Notes: generated from the sequence alone by a model not told the origin. A stretch of 64,000 nt of DNA from Candidatus Obscuribacteraceae bacterium (GCA_044226015.1 JBGAHS010000007.1:256001-320000), one strand, 5' to 3'; counted from the stretch's first letter, positions 19,483-29,842 are shown. Translations and numbers: made by a program.

Positions 19483-20781
19483 ATGAGTGTATTGAAGGGC
19501 GCTTTACAAGTGCCGGGTGACAAGTCCATTTCGCACCGAGCGCTGATTTTTGCGGCGTTGTCAAAGGGGACTAGCAAGGTCTATGGACTTTCACCAGCTT
19601 ACGACTGCCTGAGCAGCGCCGATTGTCTCAAGCAGCTTGGTTTAAAGTTCGAACGACAGACTGCCTCTGGGAACGGCCGGAGGGAAGCCGCGCTGTTGGT
19701 TCACAGCCCTGGAATTGAATCACTTTCGGCTCCAGAAGCGGCTCTGTTTGCTGGAAACTCTGGTACAACAATTCGTCTGATGTCGGGGCTCGTTGCAGGA
19801 AAGAGTTTCAAGACCGAATTCGATGGCGATGAATCGCTCAGAAAGAGACCAATGGCACGTGTGCTTAAACAACTTCAGCTCATGGGGGCTTCGGTAGAGT
19901 ACTTAGATCGCGAAAACTATCCACCCTTTATAGTCCAAGGTGGAGAACTGAAAGGGCGCGAGTTCAAGCTGCAAGAAGCATCGGCTCAGGTTCAAACAGC
20001 ACTTCTTTTGGCCGGATTGCAAGCTGATGGTCGCACTCTTGTTGAATTGCCAAAAGCAGTCAGAGACCACACTGCTCGCATGTTCAAATATATTGGCGTG
20101 CCATTCGAACAGATTGGCGACACGGTAACTGCAGTGAGCCGCCTGCAAGAATCTGTTTCTCCGTACACAATCGATGTGCCTGCCGATATCTCTTCTGCTG
20201 CCTTTTTTATGGTAGCTGCAGCATGTTTGCCTGGCTCAGAACTGCTTCTCACCAATGTTTCTTTGAATCCAGGAAGAGATCTCGTGTACAAAGTTTTGAA
20301 AGAGCTTGGTGCAGATATTTCGATTGAAGATGAGCGTGAACTTTGTGGAGAGCCGATTGCAAATATTCTTGTAAAAGGGAAGAAACTAACTGGCAGCTCA
20401 AGAATTGACGCGGAAACCCTTGCCGCCGGCATTGATGAGATACCAATTCTGGCACTGGCTGCCGCGATGAGCGAAGCGAGTTTGGAAGTCAGCGATGCCA
20501 GTGAATTAAGAGTCAAGGAATCAGATAGGCTTGCAGCAATCGTCACAAATATGAAAGCCGCTGGAGCTGACATAAAAGAATATGATGATGGTTTTGCTAT
20601 TACAGGACGTGGTTTGATCAAAGGCGGGTGCACCTGGCATTCCTATGATGATCACCGAATGGCAATGACAGGACTCATCGCTGGATTGGTCGCGGAACAG
20701 GCTCTGGAAGTTGATAACGAGTCCTGTGTAGCGATTTCGTATCCAGATTTCTTGCAGGATCTTAAACGTCTAACTAAATGA
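19483..20781 (+). CDS. aroA: EPSP synthase (class II)
   Basis: PGDKSISHR, GNSGTTIRL, SAQV, ELRVKESDR, DDHRMAM. Confidence 0.96.
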   Translation: MSVLKGALQVPGDKSISHRALIFAALSKGTSKVYGLSPAYDCLSSADCLKQLGLKFERQTASGNGRREAALLVHSPGIESLSAPEAALFAGNSGTTIRLMSGLVAGKSFKTEFDGDESLRKRPMARVLKQLQLMGASVEYLDRENYPPFIVQGGELKGREFKLQEASAQVQTALLLAGLQADGRTLVELPKAVRDHTARMFKYIGVPFEQIGDTVTAVSRLQESVSPYTIDVPADISSAAFFMVAAACLPGSELLLTNVSLNPGRDLVYKVLKELGADISIEDERELCGEPIANILVKGKKLTGSSRIDAETLAAGIDEIPILALAAAMSEASLEVSDASELRVKESDRLAAIVTNMKAAGADIKEYDDGFAITGRGLIKGGCTWHSYDDHRMAMTGLIAGLVAEQALEVDNESCVAISYPDFLQDLKRLTK

Positions 20782-20788
20782 GATAACC

Positions 20789-21655
20789 ATGAAGTCAGGA
20801 CGAAAATACTGGCTCAGCATACTGTTAGGCATTGTGCTTGCCTCGGCTGGTTTGTATCTTTTCCTGCCCGCACTGATCTCAAACAATACGATGGATTTGT
20901 CTCGCGCTGATGAAATGCCGGACTTTAAACAGACGAATAATGCCTTTGCATTTCCAGGTAAAGGTCTCAAGTACTGCGCACCAGTAGTGGTGCTCGATGC
21001 CTTTGTCTATTTGCAAAGGCATGGATATGCGGCACTCATTGCGTCCCAAGGAAAAGAGTCGCTCGCCGCTCAGTCTGTCACGCGAATTGCAGAATGCATG
21101 GGCACAAGTGACTCCACGGGAACCAGCACCGAACAGTTCCTGGAAGGCGTGCAGACTTACATAAAGAAGTTTACTCCCTATCGTATTGCTTCTTTGAGAT
21201 ACGCGGGCTGGAACCGACATCAGAAGGAGTTTGACGCAAAAAAGCAAGTTCCTGATTTGCAATGGCTCAAGGATGGCATTAAGGGTGATAGAGCTGAGTG
21301 GCTGAATATTGGCTGGTATAAGTTCGACCCAAAGAATAAAGACTATATTCGAGAAGACGGACATTGGGTCGTGCTTGCCGGATATGGAATGAATTTCAGT
21401 GGCGCTGCCGACGAACAAACTCTAATAGTCAAAGATCCGAATCCTGTAGCGGGTAATGTTTCAAGAAAAATCTTTATTGAATTGCAAGCACTGCAGGAAG
21501 GCAGTCTGAAAGGTCCTCATGAAGGTTTACCTCGCGATGCAAGTGGATACCTTTTCATAAAATCACAGAGTGATCCAATGGACACTCAGAAGAGAATCGG
21601 CATCATTGATGGTGCGGTCGTATTGGAGCTGATGCCAGCTTTTGTTAAGCGCTGA
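20789..21655 (+). CDS. Membrane-anchored papain-fold (C39-like) peptidase candidate
   Basis: N-terminal TM; YCAP, GHWVVLAGY and VKDP give Cys-His-Asp order. Confidence 0.55.
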   Translation: MKSGRKYWLSILLGIVLASAGLYLFLPALISNNTMDLSRADEMPDFKQTNNAFAFPGKGLKYCAPVVVLDAFVYLQRHGYAALIASQGKESLAAQSVTRIAECMGTSDSTGTSTEQFLEGVQTYIKKFTPYRIASLRYAGWNRHQKEFDAKKQVPDLQWLKDGIKGDRAEWLNIGWYKFDPKNKDYIREDGHWVVLAGYGMNFSGAADEQTLIVKDPNPVAGNVSRKIFIELQALQEGSLKGPHEGLPRDASGYLFIKSQSDPMDTQKRIGIIDGAVVLELMPAFVKR

Positions 21656-21662
21656 ATCAGTG

Positions 21663-22439
21663 CTAACGCTTCTTCGTTCGACTGGAACTCGGTTTTGATT
21701 TACTCTGTGTGCTGCTTGGTTTCTTTGTGCTGGTCTTTGCCGCCGCGGCTTTAGTTGTTTTTTTCTTGCCATTGCGTTCGCCACTTGTATGAACTATCAC
21801 TCCGTGTGCGCCTTTTCTCAAGGGAACTGTTTTGACAAGTTCGCCATGATCTTTATACTTTGTTGTGCGCCCGAAGTCACTGGCTTTTACTTCGATGATA
21901 TCGAGCGGTTCGCGGCAGTAAATACAAAAATGGCAGGCAGCTTCAAGAGAGAGTCTTACTAATTCTCCCGCATCGTCAACAGTGTCGTAAAGCGCATATA
22001 AGCAGCCAAGCGAGTAATCTGACCCTGCACCTTTGGCTACGTATTGTGGGTATTCAGTGACTGTCATGTTGTTGGAAATGCCATAAATGGCTTTATCCGT
22101 CACTACAAGAAAGACGTTGTAGATGCCAGCGTAGGTGTCTTTTCCAGTATCCGTTAAAGTGTATTGTTTTTTCAGCTCTGTATACAGCTCAAGAAAAAAT
22201 TGGAATACGTCAGAGCGGCTTGCAAATTTATTGTCCATAACCTTGTGATTATTTGCATGCATATGTTCCAAGACATTGTCCAGCAGCGTGTATCCGCTGG
22301 TTGCTAGATAGGCATGCTTCAATTTGATGATCTTGCCGCCATTGACCAGGTTAGTGAAATACTCCTGCCCAAACGTGGTGATTCTGTCAGCTCCCAGAAA
22401 CACCCGTCCATTTTTTTTGACGGCTACGAGAATGGTCAT
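21663..22439 (-). CDS. Proteasome-beta/HslV-superfamily Ntn hydrolase (BPH-like) with Lys-rich tail
   Basis: GGAGG RBS, then M-TILVAVKKNGRVFLGAD (Thr1, Asp17, Lys35); AKGAG; AACHFCIYC. Confidence 0.75.
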   Translation of the reverse strand: MTILVAVKKNGRVFLGADRITTFGQEYFTNLVNGGKIIKLKHAYLATSGYTLLDNVLEHMHANNHKVMDNKFASRSDVFQFFLELYTELKKQYTLTDTGKDTYAGIYNVFLVVTDKAIYGISNNMTVTEYPQYVAKGAGSDYSLGCLYALYDTVDDAGELVRLSLEAACHFCIYCREPLDIIEVKASDFGRTTKYKDHGELVKTVPLRKGAHGVIVHTSGERNGKKKTTKAAAAKTSTKKPSSTQSKSKPSSSRTKKR

Positions 22440-22578
22440 GAAAAAATTGCCTCCGCTGGCGTCTCTCCAAAGTAAATTTTGCCTCGCCATCGCGGGCTGT
22501 TAACACCGTTTCTTCCCTATATTAAAGTAGTAATGCTGTCCTGCATGCATTAATGGGCTAGTCAAAGTAGAATAATAG

Positions 22579-23301
22579 GTGACTGGAGACTTCAAAATGC
22601 AAATGCTTGCGAAATTATCGACCCACCTGATTCTGTTGTTGATCTGCTCTCAAGCGGCGCTGGCACAGCAGCCTCAGTCTAATTTCTCGCAACCCGGCAA
22701 CCCACCGGGCAATGAGTCGCCGTTTCCGCCAGTAGAGGTCGAGGGAAATTATGGTGGTGGTCAGCCCATGATGCCAGTTCAGGGAGCAAATCCGCAGTCT
22801 TACGGCTATGCGCCCCAGCCTTCGATGGCAGCCAAACCTAATCCGCAAGCAGCGGCTAAAGTTTTTCAGTGGTTTCTCAAATATGACGAAATAAGACGAC
22901 GGTCACAGATGAACCCAATAGAGAAACAGCAGGCAGATGCCTTGTTGGCTCGGGGATTTGGACTATTTATGCCAGCTCAGGATAAGGCAGCCGCTCGTCA
23001 ACTTTTAGGTGATCTCATAAATCGTTATAACCTTGCGACCCAATCATTGCGAGCGTTGCCGGCTCTCCCAGAGACTAAGGTTCTGAAAGATGAATACCTG
23101 GGATATTTTGAAAACGCAAAGCAGCTATTCATTGACTATTTGAAAGTGCAAGACAATTTGTTTGCTGTTGATAACAACGGTCAGTCAATTGCAAAGCAGC
23201 TTATTCAAAGAAAAATGTTGCTGGAAAACATTGAACGCAGTAGCAAGGACATTGATTATCAGATGCGACAGGCTTATGGTATAGCGCCTTATCAGTATTA
23301 G
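22579..23301 (+). CDS. Secreted hypothetical helical protein
   Basis: Signal peptide, P/Q-rich linker, helical C-terminal domain. Confidence 0.7.
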   Translation: MTGDFKMQMLAKLSTHLILLLICSQAALAQQPQSNFSQPGNPPGNESPFPPVEVEGNYGGGQPMMPVQGANPQSYGYAPQPSMAAKPNPQAAAKVFQWFLKYDEIRRRSQMNPIEKQQADALLARGFGLFMPAQDKAAARQLLGDLINRYNLATQSLRALPALPETKVLKDEYLGYFENAKQLFIDYLKVQDNLFAVDNNGQSIAKQLIQRKMLLENIERSSKDIDYQMRQAYGIAPYQY

Positions 23302-23571
23302 CCCTCATCAGTATTAGCCTCTTACCGGTATTAACCTCTATTGCCAATCGTATATACGATGCGCCTGTGATGAGCTCGGGCGTAATCGAACTGGCAAATT
23401 TTTTCAAGATAATTTCAGATCTTATCTGTCATTATGAAAGAGTACTGATTGATTTCCAAATAGTTCTTGCTTCCCAGCACGCAGCGCAACTTAATACATA
23501 ACGAGAGAAACAGTTCGTTTTCAGATTTGAAAACGCTGTGTCTATGTATTGCACAAACAGGAGAACACGAG

Positions 23572-23796
23572 ATGGCTGAGAATTTTTCTGCCGACATTTT
23601 CACGCTGAGTAAGCGCGAACTCGAGGTTATAAGACTTCTGGTGAAGGGATACGGCAACAAAGAGATTGCCATGGAACTTGGACTTAGCATTGATACAATC
23701 AAGACTCACCTTAAAAGTATTTTTCTCAAGTTGCAGGTAAAAGGTCGAACACAGGCCGCAGTCAAGGTCGTTGAATCGGGGTTCTTGCTCGGTTAA
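23572..23796 (+). CDS. Stand-alone LuxR-type HTH regulator
   Basis: LSKRELEVIRLLVKGYGNKEIA...TIKTHLKSIFLKL; AGGAG RBS. Confidence 0.9.
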   Translation: MAENFSADIFTLSKRELEVIRLLVKGYGNKEIAMELGLSIDTIKTHLKSIFLKLQVKGRTQAAVKVVESGFLLG

Positions 23797-23835
23797 GAAT
23801 AATCTCGTTGGAAGCGGTCGCGCTTTTACGCACTT

Positions 23836-24498
23836 TTACTGCGCGCCTTCATGATCGCGCTTCCAAATTTGCTCTGAGATTGTGCCCTGCTTTGCCTCAT
23901 CTTCCATAAAATGAAACAACATTCGCTGCTCTTCATCGTGAGCAATCGTCAGACCTGAGTCCGCTGGTAAAGTTTGCAGGTTGCCCGCAGCTCGCCACCA
24001 CAGCTCGTTTGCATCTTGAACTGACTCGTGCGCCCAGAGCACTTTGTATTTGCCTTCTTGCTTGCTAAATTCCGCCGAGTTTTCTTTCCACCAACTAAAA
24101 GCGAAATCTACTCTTTTTGAGTATGGAACATATGATTTGAAGTTGGATACCAGATCTTCATTGAACTGAACCATCCAATTGTGATACGCGATTGCGAAAT
24201 CAGCCTTTTGAGAGGGGCTTATTTTGCGGTAGAACGACTTTAGAATTCTCGGTTCTTGCCCAAAATACCAGCCATCCTCGACGGTGTTGTCGGCAGCCGC
24301 AGCCAGCTTAGCAATTTGCTCGTGATACTTTTCGCTTTCTGCGCCTACCAGTTTGCTGCCGTGTTCAGTAGCAGACGCTTGTTTTGATTCCGTCTTTGTC
24401 TGCGTCTGCGATTTTGTCTGCTCATCAGCCGCTTTCTCGCTGCAAGCAGAGAGGACAAGCGCGCTGACTACAAATATGGAAAGGATGCGAAAGGTCAT
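23836..24498 (-). CDS. Hypothetical lipoprotein
   Basis: Lipobox LSAC. Confidence 0.75.
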   Translation of the reverse strand: MTFRILSIFVVSALVLSACSEKAADEQTKSQTQTKTESKQASATEHGSKLVGAESEKYHEQIAKLAAAADNTVEDGWYFGQEPRILKSFYRKISPSQKADFAIAYHNWMVQFNEDLVSNFKSYVPYSKRVDFAFSWWKENSAEFSKQEGKYKVLWAHESVQDANELWWRAAGNLQTLPADSGLTIAHDEEQRMLFHFMEDEAKQGTISEQIWKRDHEGAQ

Positions 24499-24555
24499 GC
24501 AATAAGTCTCAATCTTCCTCTAAGTTTAGCAGGACTGCATTTAATCTTTTTGACC

Positions 24556-24581
24556 GAAACTTAATTCTTTTGTCTGTGTAA
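24556..24581 (+). promoter_or_regulatory. Putative ECF-sigma (SigW-like) autoregulatory promoter
   Basis: GAAAC-N16-TGTAA upstream of the Spy/ECF/anti-sigma operon. Confidence 0.55.
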
Positions 24582-24649
24582 TGGATATCGTGGACGGAAT
24601 ATTGCCGCTTCACCCAAACAACAACTAATGCAGAAAAGGAGCTTTTGAA

Positions 24650-25183
24650 ATGACATTTACAAAGAAAAAGAAGTGGCTGTTGGCTGTTTCAATGATTGTA
24701 TCCGTACCCCTACTGGTGGGATTCGCAGCGCCGACCCTTGCTGGAAATGCCACAGCGGCGCCGCTAATCGATAAAGACTTTGAAACTGCTTTGCGGAAAT
24801 TTGTTAGCAAGAGATTTTTCAGCAGAATAAATGCAAGCGATGAACAGCGCGACAAATTATCGAAGATCATGACAGAAACAGCGGATGAAACACGACCTGC
24901 TAGAGAAGAGTTGCGCCAGGGACTTTTGTCTCTGAATAACATGATGTCAGACGAAAAGAGCTCTGACGAAATGATTAAAGCAAAGGTTCAGGAATTAAGA
25001 GCTCTTCGAGAAAAAGTGCAAGACAAGAGAATGTCAGCCCTTTTGGAGGCCAGAAAAATACTCAGCTCTGAACAAAAACAGCAAATACATTCTCGCATCA
25101 ACGATTTGCTCACAGGCAATATCAAAGCTCGGAGACTAGGACTTCTCATGCAAGGCGGAGATATGGTTGCTCTCGATCAATAA
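24650..25183 (+). CDS. Spy/CpxP family periplasmic chaperone
   Basis: Signal peptide, ASDEQR and ILSSEQK (LTxxQ-like) motifs. Confidence 0.75.
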   Translation: MTFTKKKKWLLAVSMIVSVPLLVGFAAPTLAGNATAAPLIDKDFETALRKFVSKRFFSRINASDEQRDKLSKIMTETADETRPAREELRQGLLSLNNMMSDEKSSDEMIKAKVQELRALREKVQDKRMSALLEARKILSSEQKQQIHSRINDLLTGNIKARRLGLLMQGGDMVALDQ

Positions 25184-25282
25184 TTTTTGAGTACGACTTC
25201 TGCTTGGAATTTCACTCTTTGTGGGAAATTATTTATGCACGGGCCCGCTAGCATAACAACTTTGCTTAATGGAGAAAAAGGC

Positions 25283-25870
25283 TTGGCCGCCGCTGATATC
25301 GACAAGCTAACTGATAATGATTTGATTGCTCGAACTCTGTCCGGGCAGAAGAAAGCTTTTGAAGTTATTGTTCGCCGTTATCAGAAACTGGTTTACAACG
25401 TAATTTATCAAATGGTTCAGTCTCATGAAAGTACTGCCGACCTGACGCAAGATACCTTCTACAAGGCTTACAAGAATCTAGGCGGCTTTCGAAACAATGC
25501 AAACCTGAAGCCATGGTTGCTGAAAATTGCATCCAACACGACTTTAAACTTTATTCGAGATAGCAAAAGCAGATATTTTGATTCGCTCGAAGAACTACTG
25601 GAGGAAAGTCCACAGGCAGAGCCCTCTAGTAAAGAATCTCTTGAGGAAGAAGTCGAGCAGCGCTTTTCACAGCTCATGCTCACCGAGGCTCTGAACCATC
25701 TATCACCTCGACATCGGCAGATTTTTGTTCTGCGATATCAACATGACCTTTCCTATCAGGATATAGCGTCTGTGGTGGATGAGAGCGAGAGTGCCATAAA
25801 ATCAATTCTGTTTCGAATCAGAGAAAAGTTGCGGAAGATTTTGGTTGATACACAAAAAGTACAGAGTTAG
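25283..25870 (+). CDS. ECF sigma-70 factor (likely TTG start 25283)
   Basis: DLTQDTFYKAY, WLLKIASN, region 4 LSYQDIA...KSILFRIR; GGAG RBS before TTG. Confidence 0.92.
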   Translation: MAAADIDKLTDNDLIARTLSGQKKAFEVIVRRYQKLVYNVIYQMVQSHESTADLTQDTFYKAYKNLGGFRNNANLKPWLLKIASNTTLNFIRDSKSRYFDSLEELLEESPQAEPSSKESLEEEVEQRFSQLMLTEALNHLSPRHRQIFVLRYQHDLSYQDIASVVDESESAIKSILFRIREKLRKILVDTQKVQS

Positions 25871-25876
25871 AATTCG

Positions 25877-26317
25877 GTGAGGGTGGAACTAATGGAAGCC
25901 AATGACAAATTTGATTGCTCTTGTTTTTTAGAGCTATTTGAAAAGCAAGAAATCGGACTGACTCTTAACAGTAGCCAGAAAGCAATGTTCGACCAACACA
26001 GTCAGGAATGTAAGTCTTGCCTGGCTATTTTGACTCAGCACTCGAATATTATAGAAATGGCTTCCTCCCTGCCTCAGTTCGATGTGTCGGAAGGGCTAAC
26101 CCAGAAGATTTTGGAAAAGGTTGAGAAACAATCAACTCCTGGAATTGAAACGTCACTATTGCCAATTGGAGTCTTCGCAGCGTTTCTCTATTTTATTCTT
26201 CTTCCTTTTGATTCTTTGCAAAGCGTATTGGGATGGGGCGCCAGTCTGGTTGGTCTTTTCGGTCTACAAATGCTGATGCAGTCGGCTAATTCACAGGAAA
26301 CGATCAGCTTAAAATGA
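25877..26317 (+). CDS. Zinc-binding anti-sigma factor (ZAS/zf-HC2) with TM helices
   Basis: HSQECKSC (Hx3Cx2C), follows the ECF gene. Confidence 0.8.
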   Translation: MRVELMEANDKFDCSCFLELFEKQEIGLTLNSSQKAMFDQHSQECKSCLAILTQHSNIIEMASSLPQFDVSEGLTQKILEKVEKQSTPGIETSLLPIGVFAAFLYFILLPFDSLQSVLGWGASLVGLFGLQMLMQSANSQETISLK

Positions 26318-27141
26318 GGAAAGACTTGCATCAACTAAGGTTTTTTTTCGTGGCATTTGCACTTCTTAGCTGCCAGTTTTTCTTGACACCTGATATGGTG
26401 CATGCGCAAGGAGCCCCAAGCGAGTTGACGCCAAATACCTCTTCTTCCGATCAGGCTGCTGGGTCAGATCAACAGGGATTATTTTTCGCATTTTTGAGTG
26501 AGGATAAGCAGGTCCTTGATGGACCACTTGTTCAAATCCTGAAAGACAAGCCTGTAATCAGAGACATGATATCTCCACGTGATAAGGTCGCAAGAAAGTA
26601 CAGACCCATGCTTCAGTGGAAACGCTGGGCTGATAAAACGCAAAGGCTAATACCATCCTTATTCTTAATTGGTATAGTGAGCTTTTTTTGCTGGTCTCTT
26701 TTCCCCGTCAAGTTTCTGTCAGCTGTGAGTGAGTCAAAAACTAGTTATTGGCGATGTTTTGGAACTGGCGTACTGATTCTTGCATTCTCTTCTATGTTTG
26801 CTCGCGCTGTATTCATTACTGAGATTGGATGGCCGTTGGGTATTCTAATTACTGGTCTAACTCAGGGGATTTTACTTGCTGGATTGTCGGTTGTTGTGTA
26901 CAACCTTGGGCATTCAACCTTGCTTTTAACTCGACTATCGAAGCTGAGTTTGTTTTCAGAAAATCCCTCCAGAGCAAGGGTTTGTGAGCTTTTACTAGGT
27001 ACCCTGCTGGCAGCCTTGATTCTTAAAATACCTGAACTAGGTCCGCTGCCTCAGTTGGGAACCAGACTGATCTCTTTCTTTGCCCTGCTTGGGGCAGGGG
27101 CTCTTTTTAGAATTTGGAAGAAAGAAACGAGTAAGTCCTGA
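26314..27141 (+). CDS. Multi-pass membrane protein of the ECF operon
   Basis: Signal peptide plus about 5 hydrophobic segments; ATGA overlap. Confidence 0.7.
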   Translation: MRKDLHQLRFFFVAFALLSCQFFLTPDMVHAQGAPSELTPNTSSSDQAAGSDQQGLFFAFLSEDKQVLDGPLVQILKDKPVIRDMISPRDKVARKYRPMLQWKRWADKTQRLIPSLFLIGIVSFFCWSLFPVKFLSAVSESKTSYWRCFGTGVLILAFSSMFARAVFITEIGWPLGILITGLTQGILLAGLSVVVYNLGHSTLLLTRLSKLSLFSENPSRARVCELLLGTLLAALILKIPELGPLPQLGTRLISFFALLGAGALFRIWKKETSKS

Positions 27142-27222
27142 GCAAAATTATTCTTCTCCTGTTGTACGATAGGAGGGTAGACAGATTTCGTTGCCAAGAT
27201 TTTGGTTGGGGGCTTTTCGAAA

Positions 27223-28131
27223 ATGAATCAGAAGAAGTTTTCTGGTCTAAGCAGAATTCTTGCGTCTATTTCCATCAGCGGATTACTTTCTGCTTGTGGG
27301 GGGTCTTCGGAATCGGGAAACAACCTTCTGGATATAGGTTTTAACAGTAAGGCTCCAGAAAAAGTAAGTATTACTGTTAATGGTTTGATGAGCTACAACG
27401 GCAGAACTGTGGATGATTTGAGTTCTCACAGAGTGAAGTTTGTATCTGAGCACCCTGAATTGTTGAAGTCGCCGTACAAGCAGACTGCGGAGGTTTTTTC
27501 CTTTGATGGAAAGAGCCCCTGGTGGGGAATTAAGGGACACATGTTTCAGGGCGCAGGTATAGACAAAACAGAGGGACCATCAAGAGAATCTGTGTATTAC
27601 GGCAATCCACTTCTATTGGTTAGTCCAGAATGGTATGGAAGCAACATGCACTGGTCGGGCAACCGTTTTCCAAATCAGAAAGCATTTGCGGATGTCTTTC
27701 CTACTTATTTGCCACCAGTAAGTGCAACTTTCTATCCGAAGGAAAAGAGAGAAGAAATAGTTTACGACTGTATGAAATACTACAACGATGTCAAAGCCTT
27801 ACTAAACGGAAACTGGCCAATGTCAGAAATCACTTTCGATGTTCGCGCCTACAATGCCCGAGACTTTGGTTACAACTACATTTATGTTGATGCAAATAAA
27901 TGCACAAACCTCGCTAAGCTTCCACCAAACATCATTACTATAAATCAGCAAATCACAACAAAGACAAGAAATACTTGTGGTCCATCCTGCAACGACATGG
28001 ATACGCCGGACGAATTGACAGGATTTAAGCTGAAGGCATTACCTGCAAAATGCAGCTTTGCATTGTGGAAAAAGAAGCCTGATACTTACCTGCAATCACC
28101 AGATCTCAGAGTTGATTTCATCTGTAATTGA
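27223..28131 (+). CDS. Hypothetical lipoprotein
   Basis: Lipobox LSAC. Confidence 0.75.
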   Translation: MNQKKFSGLSRILASISISGLLSACGGSSESGNNLLDIGFNSKAPEKVSITVNGLMSYNGRTVDDLSSHRVKFVSEHPELLKSPYKQTAEVFSFDGKSPWWGIKGHMFQGAGIDKTEGPSRESVYYGNPLLLVSPEWYGSNMHWSGNRFPNQKAFADVFPTYLPPVSATFYPKEKREEIVYDCMKYYNDVKALLNGNWPMSEITFDVRAYNARDFGYNYIYVDANKCTNLAKLPPNIITINQQITTKTRNTCGPSCNDMDTPDELTGFKLKALPAKCSFALWKKKPDTYLQSPDLRVDFICN

Positions 28132-28203
28132 TTATCATATCGAAACTTAGCGACTCTAAGCTCAGCACATCGGGCTTAGCGACTCGGGCTTAGCGACAGT
28201 TTC

Positions 28204-28551
28204 CTATTCCAGGTCGGGCTTCTTAAGAATCTCTCCGGTTCGCTTTTCGCCGGAAGCGATACGCACCGTGTATTCGATGTCTTGCACAAAAATAAGCCCA
28301 TCACCAGGTTTTCCTGTTGAAACGGTTTTTTGAACCAGGCGCACAATTTCGTCGCATTTGTCATCAGTGGAGACAATTTCTACGCGAGTTTTCTCACTGA
28401 GTTCACCGCTGAGGTCCCAGTCTGATTCAGCTGTCTCTGTGCCAAAACCTCTGGCGGCGCATGCTGTTAGACCAGATATTCCTGCACGTCTTATGGCACT
28501 GGCTAAATAGTCCAATTTTCTCGGTTGGATAATGGCAACGATTAATTTCAT
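28204..28551 (-). CDS. PII-family signalling protein with atypical T-loop
   Basis: MKLIVAIIQP, RGFG, TGKPGDGLIFV, VRIASGE. Confidence 0.88.
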   Translation of the reverse strand: MKLIVAIIQPRKLDYLASAIRRAGISGLTACAARGFGTETAESDWDLSGELSEKTRVEIVSTDDKCDEIVRLVQKTVSTGKPGDGLIFVQDIEYTVRIASGEKRTGEILKKPDLE

Positions 28552-28605
28552 CTCTGCAACGCGGATTAAGTAATACTCGTCCGATTATCTCACAAAAAAA
28601 CAAGA

Positions 28606-28932
28606 TTATCGTTTTTGCACCTTGCAGCTCTCGCTGAGTATAGCCGAATATAGCGCTAAAACGTTTTCTAGCAAGGCTGAGTTCGGCAGTTCTCTTCTTA
28701 TTCCTTCAAGAACACGCTTTTCCCTCTCCTCGTCTTTAATTGGAATTCCCATCTCGTGTTTCCAATTACCCAGTGTTTGAGCTAGCTCTAACCTTCTCTC
28801 CAGGAGGAAGCTCAGTTCTCGATCAATCAAATCTATTTCTTTTCTGATGTGTTCGATGCGCTTGAGTGGAAGTGAGGCTGGAACCTGATTTAGCGCTGTC
28901 TTGTTCTGCTCGTTTTTCGGTTTTGGCAGCAT
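28606..28932 (-). CDS. Monofunctional AroQ-type chorismate mutase
   Basis: IRKEIDLIDRELSFLLERR...K...D.ERE...SCKVQ. Confidence 0.88.
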   Translation of the reverse strand: MLPKPKNEQNKTALNQVPASLPLKRIEHIRKEIDLIDRELSFLLERRLELAQTLGNWKHEMGIPIKDEEREKRVLEGIRRELPNSALLENVLALYSAILSESCKVQKR

Positions 28933-28936
28933 TGTT

Positions 28937-29842
28937 TTATCCTCTCGAAACGCAAGAACGTTGAATTCTGTTTGGGTGAATTGAGATTATTTGGGAGTTG
29001 TTCATAGCACTGTATTTTTCGTGCATTGAACGACCCAATGCGGCTGCCAACGGTTTTAGTGATCTGACAAGGGCTTCCATTTCATCCAGCGATAACGCTT
29101 GTCTTGCGTCAGAAACTGACTTGGAAGGTTCTGGATGGCATTCGATTATGAGTCCATCGGCACCGCTGGCGATGGCAGCTTTGGATAAGCCTGCAACCAA
29201 TTCGCTTTTGCCGCATGCATGGCTGGGGTCTACAATAACTGGAAGGTGAGTGATTTGTTTGAGTGCGACGACAGCGCCTAAATCGAGAACATTTCTTGTG
29301 TAATTATCGAAGCTTCTTATACCGCGTTCGCACAAGATTACATCCGGATTGCCGTGGCTTACGATGTATTCTGCCGCGAGAACGAACTCTTCGATGCTGG
29401 CACAAAGTCCGCGTTTCAATAGAACCGGTTTTCCTGCTTGTCCTAAAGCTTTTAGCAAATCGAAGTTTTGCATGTTTCTACTTCCAATTTGCAATATGTC
29501 AGCTGTTTTTACAAGGCTGCTGATTTGATCTTGAGACATGACTTCCGTAATGACAGGAATTCCATAGTCATCTTTGATTTTCTGCAGAATGCTGATGCCT
29601 TCTTCTCCGAGTCCCTGAAAGCTGTAAGGCGAAGTGCGAGGCTTGTACACACCACCACGAATCATCTGCACGGTTTGATGGAGGCGATTTGCCACTGCAT
29701 CCATTTGCTCTTGATTTTCGACGGCACACGGACCCCCGATGATTAGTAATTTATTGGAACCTACGGAAACTTTCTCGGAAATTTTTATTACTGTTGTTTG
29801 CTGCTCTGCAGACTGTTTTCTGACCAATTTTGCATCTAACAT
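28937..29842 (-). CDS. aroF: DAHP synthase, class I-beta, lacking an N-terminal regulatory domain
   Basis: GGPCAVE, KPRTSPYSFQG, QIGSRNMQNF, LCERGIR, DPSH. Confidence 0.95.
   Translation of the reverse strand: MLDAKLVRKQSAEQQTTVIKISEKVSVGSNKLLIIGGPCAVENQEQMDAVANRLHQTVQMIRGGVYKPRTSPYSFQGLGEEGISILQKIKDDYGIPVITEVMSQDQISSLVKTADILQIGSRNMQNFDLLKALGQAGKPVLLKRGLCASIEEFVLAAEYIVSHGNPDVILCERGIRSFDNYTRNVLDLGAVVALKQITHLPVIVDPSHACGKSELVAGLSKAAIASGADGLIIECHPEPSKSVSDARQALSLDEMEALVRSLKPLAAALGRSMHEKYSAMNNSQIISIHPNRIQRSCVSRG

Noticed and set aside
28146..28197. Three copies of CTTAGCGAC between convergent genes
   Set aside because: Too short to assign a function; likely local slippage.
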